Below are positions 57,631 through 64,000 of a DNA stretch of 64,000 nucleotides, piece by piece (the stretch's first letter is position 1; each line of letters starts with the position of its first letter). The notes beneath the pieces were generated by a model. The model was given only the letters and a program-made list of their open reading frames with translations, was not told the DNA's origin and did not search any database. The position numbers were made by a program, and so were the translations under genes. Source of the stretch: Candidatus Liptonbacteria bacterium (GTDB lineage Bacteria > Patescibacteriota > Minisyncoccia > UBA6257 > 2-01-FULL-56-20); assembly GCA_016867315.1 (NCBI GenBank), contig VGJV01000002.1, positions 51,386 to 115,385 of the forward strand. The letters run 5' to 3'.

Positions 57631-57662
57631 TCTATTTTCTGCTTTCTAAATTCTATTTTCTA
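57573..57662. repeat. inverted heptamer array overlapping a prepilin leader
   Basis: AGAAAGT AGAAAAT AGAAAGT AGAAAAT ... TTCTATT TTCTGCT TTCTAAA TTCTATT. Confidence 0.8.
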
Positions 57663-57665
57663 GTC

Positions 57666-58154
57666 TTAGTAGCTCACCGCCCCACTGGCATTAATTGATA
57701 TTGTAGTCGAAGCTGACCCGGATTTGGTCTGGATAATGACGGAAGTGGCCGTAGAAGCCAATCCGGTAATTTGAGCAAACGTTATTTCTTTAGTAGCTCC
57801 GGACCCTAAACTCGAAGTGGTATATGAAACAGTTTTAGGCAAAGGATAATGTCCCACGCGGGTAGAAGTCGTGTACGTGCCGTAAAAAAGCACATAAAAA
57901 GGCGTGGTAGAAGTGCTATTTTCAAAGTGTACTCCCCATACGGAACTTGAAGCCCGACTAAGAGACCTGCTCTGCGCTTCCCGCAAGGTAGCAGTCACTC
58001 GTTTTATCGTATCTTCAAATTCAGTTCTACTCTGGAATCCGAAAAGGCCAGTGAAGAGAAATGCGGCAAGAATCGCTCCAATAAAAAGCACGAGGGTAAT
58101 TTCCAATATAGTAAATCCTCTTCTATCGGTAATATGCTTTTGTAGTGCCCGCAT
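57666..58154 (-). CDS. minor pilin (FimT/GspH-like)
   Basis: RG|FTILE, LREAQSRS, WGVHF, ITFAQITG. Confidence 0.82.
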   Translation of the reverse strand: MRALQKHITDRRGFTILEITLVLFIGAILAAFLFTGLFGFQSRTEFEDTIKRVTATLREAQSRSLSRASSSVWGVHFENSTSTTPFYVLFYGTYTTSTRVGHYPLPKTVSYTTSSLGSGATKEITFAQITGLASTATSVIIQTKSGSASTTISINASGAVSY

Positions 58155-58181
58155 TCTATTTTCTTTTTTATTTTCTAATGC

Positions 58182-59387
58182 CTAGAACTGAGTGGTAAGC
58201 TGATAAATTGGCACAATAATCGAAAGCGCAATAAGGACCACTATTCCTCCCATGCCCATAATGAGAAGTGGCTCAAGCACCGACACTAGCGACTTAATAC
58301 TCGCATCAATACTCGTGGCATAAAATTCACCCAAAGTTTCGAGCACTTCTTCGAGATGCCCGGCCTTTTCGGAAATTGCAATAAGATTTACTACCACCTT
58401 AGGAAATACCACTTCTCGACGGAATGCCTCCCCAATAGTAAGCCCTTTGGCAAGTCCTTCTCGAGCTACCCGCAATAACGCATAACGATATTCCTCCGAT
58501 CCTACGGCATCCGCAGTAATCTCAATGGTCTGGATAATAGGAAGTCCGGCTTTTAAAAGCAACGCCATAGTTGAAACCATTCGCTGAATTGCCACCTCGC
58601 GATAAACACTCTTAATAACAGGGATCCGGCTCATAACTTGGTCCACAATCCGACGACCCACAGAAGTTCGAGTAAAGAAGTATACCCCTCCTAACAGCAA
58701 CCCGATAAAGAGAATGGAGATAACCACAATATGTTCTCCTATGAAAAGACCCACGCCAAAAACCACTCGGGAAAAGAACGGCGGATTGATACCAGAATCA
58801 GTAAAAACCTTAGCAATTTTAGGCAGCGCAAAAGTCACAAGAAACACAAGCACCGCAAAGGCCGCGATAAGAAGAATGATGGGATAGATGAGTGCCGAGC
58901 GAATTCGAATGCGAAGCTCGGCTTCTCGATTCATAGATATGGAAAGATCTTCAAAAGTCTGTTGCAAGCTTCCCGAAGCTTCGGCCGCCTTAATAAGATT
59001 CACAAAAGTCGCAGGGAAAATAGTGGGATATTTTGCAAAAGCCTGATGGAAAGGTAACCCGCGAGTGAGATTCTCCCGCACTTCCAGGAGAAAGTTACGC
59101 ATGGCAGGATTATCAAAATCTCCAATCAAAATATTGATTGCGGAAAGCAAATCAGTCCCCACCCGAAGCATGAGCGCGAGGTACTTTGTAAGGAACACTT
59201 TATCGGTAATAGTGATCCCTCCGAAAATCCTTTTTACTCCGCCGCCTTTTTGTGCCAACGGCGTAATAGTAACCGGCCGCAATTCCTTCGCTGAAAGAAA
59301 TTGAAGTACCTGGGGTAAATTCACGGCATCCGTATCCCCCTCTACAACTTTTCCGGTTTTATCCGATGCAATGTAGTGATACAACAT
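58182..59387 (-). CDS. pilC: type IV pilus platform protein PilC/GspF
   Basis: Two T2SSF domains; SALIYP, EKAGHL, LEP. Confidence 0.92.
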   Translation of the reverse strand: MLYHYIASDKTGKVVEGDTDAVNLPQVLQFLSAKELRPVTITPLAQKGGGVKRIFGGITITDKVFLTKYLALMLRVGTDLLSAINILIGDFDNPAMRNFLLEVRENLTRGLPFHQAFAKYPTIFPATFVNLIKAAEASGSLQQTFEDLSISMNREAELRIRIRSALIYPIILLIAAFAVLVFLVTFALPKIAKVFTDSGINPPFFSRVVFGVGLFIGEHIVVISILFIGLLLGGVYFFTRTSVGRRIVDQVMSRIPVIKSVYREVAIQRMVSTMALLLKAGLPIIQTIEITADAVGSEEYRYALLRVAREGLAKGLTIGEAFRREVVFPKVVVNLIAISEKAGHLEEVLETLGEFYATSIDASIKSLVSVLEPLLIMGMGGIVVLIALSIIVPIYQLTTQF

Positions 59388-59391
59388 AAGA

Positions 59392-61104
59392 TTATTCGCG
59401 TATTACCCGCATCACTTCTTCGAGCGTAGTAAGGGCAAGCTCGGCCTTCTCAAGACCGTCTTCGAACATGGTCTTCATGCCTGCCTTCCGTGCTTCTGAC
59501 CGAAGCGTGTCCAAACTGAAATGGGAATCGGTAATAATTTTCTTGATACCCTCAGAAACTTCAAGCACCTCGAAAATACCAAGTCTGCCCTTATATCCGC
59601 TCCCCTCGCACGCGTTACAGCCTTTCCCCCGATATACCGTTTTAGGAAAATAAGCTTCTTTCTCAAGTCCGAGCTCATTAAATTGAGACTGGATCACCTG
59701 CTTATATTCCGGCTTCATTTCCTCGGAAGAAATGCAAGTAGGGCAAATTCGCCGTACAAGACGTTGTGCTACTATCACATTCAACACCGAAGCGACGAGG
59801 AATGGAGGAATACCTAAATCGAAAAGCCGGGGCACTGCAGTGGGCGCATCATTCGTGTGAAGCGAGGACATTAGTAAGTGCCCCGTAAGAGCGGCTTGGA
59901 CAGCAATGTTCGCAGTTTCCGCATCTCGAATTTCCCCCACCATGATAATGTTTGGATCTTGCCGAAGAAATGCCCGAAGACCTGAAGCAAAGGTAACTCC
60001 CGCCTGAGGATTGATTTGGGTTTGATTCACATATCGCATGTTGTACTCAATAGGGTCTTCAATGGTCACAAGATTCACGTGAGGCTTATTTAAAATATTG
60101 ATGAGCGCATAAAGCGTCGTGGTCTTCCCTGAACCCGTAGGGCCACAGGATAACACCATGCCATAAGTCTTCTTTAAATTAGTGCGAATCAAAGTAGCCG
60201 GTTGAGGTAAAAGCCCCAACTCTTCCAAAGAAAGCGGTTTCTGGGAAGATTCGAGCAACCGCATTTCGATCTTCTCTCCATAGAAAGTAGGCATGATGGA
60301 AACCCGGACATCAACTATTTGATTCACAATATGATGACGAAACCGCCCATCTTGAGGTTTGAAATGCTCGTCAATCTTAAGACCCGAAAGTAATTTTAAT
60401 CGAGCAAGAAGCGCGGGATGAATAATCTTAGGAATTGAAAGTACTTCGTGGAGTATCCCGTCTACGCGATAGCGAATCAGCATCTGATCCTCAAGCACTT
60501 CGAGATGTACATCCGATGCCCTCGAAGCCACCGCAAAAGAAAGAAGATTGTCGACGATTGCCGCGACGGGTAAGTCTGCCGCTGCCTCCTCGGCGCTTTT
60601 AGTTTGGGATTGCAAAGAAGCATGGATATTCTCCTCGATAAGCTTCTTGAAATCTTTTCCGAGCTCATACCCATAAATTGCGAACCCGCGATTCAAGTCC
60701 TCAGACATTGCAAGAAAAGGTCGGGTGCGAGCCTTGAGATGTTGCGCTAAGAATTCGAGCGTCTCCAAGTCCGATGGATCCGCCATCGCCACATCATAAG
60801 TACCATCCTGCTCTCGCCCAAAGATAATGACCTGCCGTTGCCGGGCAATTTCTTCGGAAAGCAGCTGCACTAAATCTTTGTTGATGGGATGGAGCCGCAG
60901 ATTAACTCTTCCTACCCCCAACATTTTGGCTACCAAATCCCCGAGATATTCTGATTCCACCACTCCCTCGGAAACCAACACATCTAAAATACTCTGATTT
61001 TTTCTATCTGCTTCCGCATAGAAAGCATCGAAGCGGTCAGGAGTGATGAGATTCTCCTCTACCAATCGTCGTTTAAGTTGAAAAGAAGGAATAGGAAGCT
61101 TCAT
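59392..61104 (-). CDS. pilB: type IV pilus assembly ATPase PilB/GspE
   Basis: ASDVHLE, GPTGSGKTTT, TIEDPIEY, LRQDP, CxxC...CxxC. Confidence 0.93.
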   Translation of the reverse strand: MKLPIPSFQLKRRLVEENLITPDRFDAFYAEADRKNQSILDVLVSEGVVESEYLGDLVAKMLGVGRVNLRLHPINKDLVQLLSEEIARQRQVIIFGREQDGTYDVAMADPSDLETLEFLAQHLKARTRPFLAMSEDLNRGFAIYGYELGKDFKKLIEENIHASLQSQTKSAEEAAADLPVAAIVDNLLSFAVASRASDVHLEVLEDQMLIRYRVDGILHEVLSIPKIIHPALLARLKLLSGLKIDEHFKPQDGRFRHHIVNQIVDVRVSIMPTFYGEKIEMRLLESSQKPLSLEELGLLPQPATLIRTNLKKTYGMVLSCGPTGSGKTTTLYALINILNKPHVNLVTIEDPIEYNMRYVNQTQINPQAGVTFASGLRAFLRQDPNIIMVGEIRDAETANIAVQAALTGHLLMSSLHTNDAPTAVPRLFDLGIPPFLVASVLNVIVAQRLVRRICPTCISSEEMKPEYKQVIQSQFNELGLEKEAYFPKTVYRGKGCNACEGSGYKGRLGIFEVLEVSEGIKKIITDSHFSLDTLRSEARKAGMKTMFEDGLEKAELALTTLEEVMRVIRE

Positions 61105-61227
61105 CCCATTAGAAACAGACTCCAGGAAGGAGCCGTAGCAAAACGACCCTTATACCGACCCACATTGTTCTTTACCAAATATTGTCTCATCGAAATTTTA
61201 AAAGCTTTGTTATCACGGAATAGAAAA

Positions 61228-61800
61228 CTAAAGCGCAAAGAGATTTCTCACCGACTCCGGAATGAAGTATTGCTCCAAAATTATAACAGACATCGCGATA
61301 GGCACCCACCAATAATAAAGAGGAGCTCGTCCCCAGTGAAACGCGGCGTACACTCCCGTAAGTAAAAACCCGATTAACAATACCGCCACTCCATACCATA
61401 AAAAAGTAGGGAATCCCGCAAGGAAAAAACACAATCCTAAAAGGGCCGCTTCTCCCTTTTCAAAAAAACGATCCCTGCAATAGCAATTGAGCCAATGTGC
61501 CACAAAAGCCAGTGACACTCCCGCTACCAACGAAAAAATCCAAGGAGCAAACAACCGTCTTACATAAAGGAGAAAATAATCTGATGACTGATAAGGGGGA
61601 AGAAAAAAGCGGGTAACTTCATTTCCCTGCCATGCCCAATAAAGAGCGGATGCCCAATACATAAGCACCCCCCCAATGATCACACCTCCAGCAATCCAAA
61701 ATACCTTCACGGTCCTTCGAAAAGAAGAAAGGGGGAGCAAACACTGCAACACAAAACAAGCTGAGAGAAGGGCGAAGCCCAGCTTGTCGGTGAGAAACAT
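61228..61800 (-). CDS. multi-pass membrane protein in the pilus locus
   Basis: Five to six hydrophobic segments; FFLPPYQ. Confidence 0.65.
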   Translation of the reverse strand: MFLTDKLGFALLSACFVLQCLLPLSSFRRTVKVFWIAGGVIIGGVLMYWASALYWAWQGNEVTRFFLPPYQSSDYFLLYVRRLFAPWIFSLVAGVSLAFVAHWLNCYCRDRFFEKGEAALLGLCFFLAGFPTFLWYGVAVLLIGFLLTGVYAAFHWGRAPLYYWWVPIAMSVIILEQYFIPESVRNLFAL

Positions 61801-61805
61801 ACGTA

Positions 61806-62405
61806 TTACAAATCGAGCCCTGGATCAGTACCTACTTCATAAAGAGTCGAACTTGACCCTCCGTCGGTTGATTCTACATCGTTAGATCCCCCGCTCGAGT
61901 ATCGTGTGCTCTCCATTTCCGCATTGAGCTCAAAAGTATAGTTGGTTTCTTCCGCGGCATAACTATAAAAGTAAGTGGCGTTATTGATGGGATCGATAGG
62001 TAGTACGCTTAAGGGAGCTCCGGAACTAATAGCATTGAAGTTTACGGGGAGCCAACCAGACATGTCCACTGTCCGGGCACTGCTCGTCTGTACCGTGGTC
62101 GCGCTGCTATATCGGCCGTTACACCCGGAAGCAGTCGCCGTAGCCGTAGAGGACGTGTGCGCGTAACATTTGCTGTTGGTTCCCGTAATATCGGGACTTG
62201 CTACGTCAGCCATATACAAACTAAGTGCACTCTTCAAAGTAGAAAGGTCGGATATTCGATTTGAATCCCTGGCTTGTCTCAAAAGTTGAGCCGGGTTCAG
62301 CGTGATTACAAGCACTACCGACAATACCGCCACAATAGCAATTACCACGAGCAATTCGATAAGCGTGAATCCCTTTGCGGCACGAGAGTGATGTAAATTG
62401 GACAT
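61806..62405 (-). CDS. type IV pilin, probably the major pilin
   Basis: KG|FTLIELLVVIAI, ARDSNRISDL, LPIDP. Confidence 0.9.
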   Translation of the reverse strand: MSNLHHSRAAKGFTLIELLVVIAIVAVLSVVLVITLNPAQLLRQARDSNRISDLSTLKSALSLYMADVASPDITGTNSKCYAHTSSTATATASGCNGRYSSATTVQTSSARTVDMSGWLPVNFNAISSGAPLSVLPIDPINNATYFYSYAAEETNYTFELNAEMESTRYSSGGSNDVESTDGGSSSTLYEVGTDPGLDL

Positions 62406-62456
62406 AATTTCCCCTTTAAGTATTTAGATCGGCTTGAGTCCATTATACTAAATCCC

Positions 62457-63170
62457 TTATTGGGAGGGTGTGGATAACTCTCCGAATCGCGCAAATTCCT
62501 CGGGAGGTTCCGCCTCTAATCGCAACACGCTCCCCGACCCCATAAGGGGAAACTCGAGTACTAAAGCATGAAGCATGAGTCGACTCTGAAACGGAAGCTT
62601 TTTCCCATATAAAACATCTCCGACTACTGAATGACCGATGCTCGCACAATGCACCCGAATTTGATGGGTGCGTCCCGTCTCCGGCCTAAGCTCGAGAAGA
62701 GAAAACTGCTCCCCTTCTTTATTAATAGTATTTCGCACCGAATACCGGGTGATAGCTTCTTTCTGCATCCGCGTGGAATGCACGCTCCGGCGAGTACTTT
62801 CATTGAGCACTCCGATGGGCTTTTGAATCACCCCTTTCCTCTCTCGGGGTTCTCCACGCACCCATGCTAAATAGGTTTTCTTGATAACGCGGGTAGCAAA
62901 AAGCGACTTAAGATATTCGAAGGATGCCTGGGTTTTAGCCGCCACCATCACCCCCGAAGTGTCCCGGTCCAATCGATGAACAATACCCGGCCTATTTTCC
63001 GGATCATCCCCCACCGTTTTTACAGATGGATATTTTTGCGTCAGCCAATCCGCGAGCGTGAGTTCTTTATTATCAAATTTGGAATTTTTAATTTTATGGA
63101 CCAAAAGTCCTGCCGGCTTGTTCACGGCCACCAAGTTTTCATCCTCATAAATAATTTCGGGTTCGAGCAT
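62457..63170 (-). CDS. RluA/RluD-family pseudouridine synthase
   Basis: NKPAGL, VHRLDRDTSG, TGRTHQIRVH, LHA; start moved past the tRNA. Confidence 0.93.
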   Translation of the reverse strand: MLEPEIIYEDENLVAVNKPAGLLVHKIKNSKFDNKELTLADWLTQKYPSVKTVGDDPENRPGIVHRLDRDTSGVMVAAKTQASFEYLKSLFATRVIKKTYLAWVRGEPRERKGVIQKPIGVLNESTRRSVHSTRMQKEAITRYSVRNTINKEGEQFSLLELRPETGRTHQIRVHCASIGHSVVGDVLYGKKLPFQSRLMLHALVLEFPLMGSGSVLRLEAEPPEEFARFGELSTPSQ

Positions 63171-63175
63171 TAAGG

Positions 63176-63247
63176 TGGGTGTGGAAGGAATCGAACCTTC
63201 GACCTCTGTCTTATCAGGACAGCGTTCTACCACTGAACTACACACCC
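63176..63247 (-). tRNA. tRNA-Ile(GAT)
   Basis: GGGTGTG acceptor, CTGTC-CT GAT AA-GACAG; CCA not fully encoded. Confidence 0.93.
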
Positions 63248-63298
63248 GTATAAAATTTCGTTTTCTCCGAGCGAACCATTTGTATCAAAATACTTTGA

Positions 63299-63335
63299 TA
63301 TCAGGACAGCGTTCTACCACTGAACTACACACCCG
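63299..63335 (-). repeat. 37-bp duplicate of the 5' half of tRNA-Ile
   Basis: Identical to 63212-63248. Confidence 0.9.
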
Positions 63336-63413
63336 CGTGTCGCACACTATCATACGATTTTAGAACGAAAAATCAATCTTTAAGGCGTTGTCCCCTAATG
63401 GTAATTGTTGGGG

Positions 63414-63485
63414 TGCGTCCTGGAGGGATCGAACCTCCGACCTTTTGCGTGTCATGCAAACGCTCTACCACTGAGCTAAGGACGC
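63414..63485 (-). tRNA. tRNA-Val(GAC)
   Basis: GCGTCCT acceptor, TTTGC-AT GAC AC-GCAAA; CCA not encoded. Confidence 0.93.
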
Positions 63486-63493
63486 AAACGAAC

Positions 63494-63709
63494 TTATTGT
63501 ATCCCAGGAAGCTTCAACTTCTGAAATTCTTCGAAACGGAAATTAACCCCCTTTTCCTCTCCGCTCTTTACCGTAATAGCTTGAGTAAGATTTGCCGTCA
63601 AGGCGGCGATCCCCCACGCCGTATACATAAAAAGAAATATAAGAAACCCCAACGCGCAAAAAATAAGCACGAACTCTTGATGTAAACGCAGAAACTCTCG
63701 GATCCTCAT
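63494..63709 (-). CDS. small membrane protein
   Basis: 71 aa with one TM helix; follows the PilO-like gene. Confidence 0.6.
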   Translation of the reverse strand: MRIREFLRLHQEFVLIFCALGFLIFLFMYTAWGIAALTANLTQAITVKSGEEKGVNFRFEEFQKLKLPGIQ

Positions 63710-63710
63710 C

Positions 63711-64000
63711 TTACTTAAAAAATACCCTGCCTTGTCCTAAAAATCGATACTCTTCCCCGCCCCGAGTAAGATCGAAAGAATCGAACGTTGCAAGAAACCG
63801 AGGCGGCTCGAACTCCACATCTTTAAGGAATCCCATAATGTCCGCGTAAGCGCCCGTAACATCCAGAGAAAATCCCACCGATCCCGGCGTGTTCCCTTGT
63901 GGCAATGCTTGCCCGCCTTGAAACGCGAAGTTCAATGCCACCTTTCGCACCCGAGCTAAATTGTCGAGCGTACGGGGAAAATCGAGGAGTTGTTCTTGGG
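63711..64000 (-). CDS. PilO-like protein, C-terminal part (truncated by the window)
   Basis: FSLDVTGAY.DIMGFLKDVE resembles the PilO ferredoxin-like fold. Confidence 0.55.
   Translation of the reverse strand, partial: QEQLLDFPRTLDNLARVRKVALNFAFQGGQALPQGNTPGSVGFSLDVTGAYADIMGFLKDVEFEPPRFLATFDSFDLTRGGEEYRFLGQGRVFFK

Noticed and set aside
61101-61190. 29-codon uORF overlapping the pilB start
   Set aside because: Too short and featureless to support without conservation data.

Overview
Core-genome window of a Patescibacteria/CPR (Parcubacteria-like) bacterium using genetic code 11; most genes are on the minus strand. The CPR assignment is inferred from the missing rpmD in the spc operon, the type IV pilus cluster and the sparse metabolism. 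In order: a Cys/His-rich redox/metal operon (CcdA, DUF1573, Trx-like), ftsEX, prfB with its +1 frameshift, tRNA-Thr, dnaE, lysS, greA, the str-S10-spc cluster to secY-adk-cmk-map, tRNA-Arg, agmatinase, surface and peptidoglycan proteins, truB, rmuC, ftsZ/ftsA, ybeY, rpsU, hisS, lepB, pth, a type IV pilus locus, an RluA-family gene and tRNA-Ile/Val. The most unusual signals are non-coding. (1) A five-copy three-way-junction element sits 2-18 nt after stop codons; its outer stems differ in sequence yet still pair. (2) The S10 operon is split between rpsJ and rplC by a probable reverse-transcriptase remnant and a RelE-type TA pair, and rplC has its own promoter and attenuator-like leader. (3) A 134-bp MITE is inserted in codons 8-9 of ybeY. 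(4) Inverted heptamer arrays occur in spacers and inside prepilin leaders. (5) A candidate metal-sensing arrest-peptide leader ORF precedes the redox operon. (6) The 5' half of tRNA-Ile is duplicated. All calls are by eye; no database search was run.
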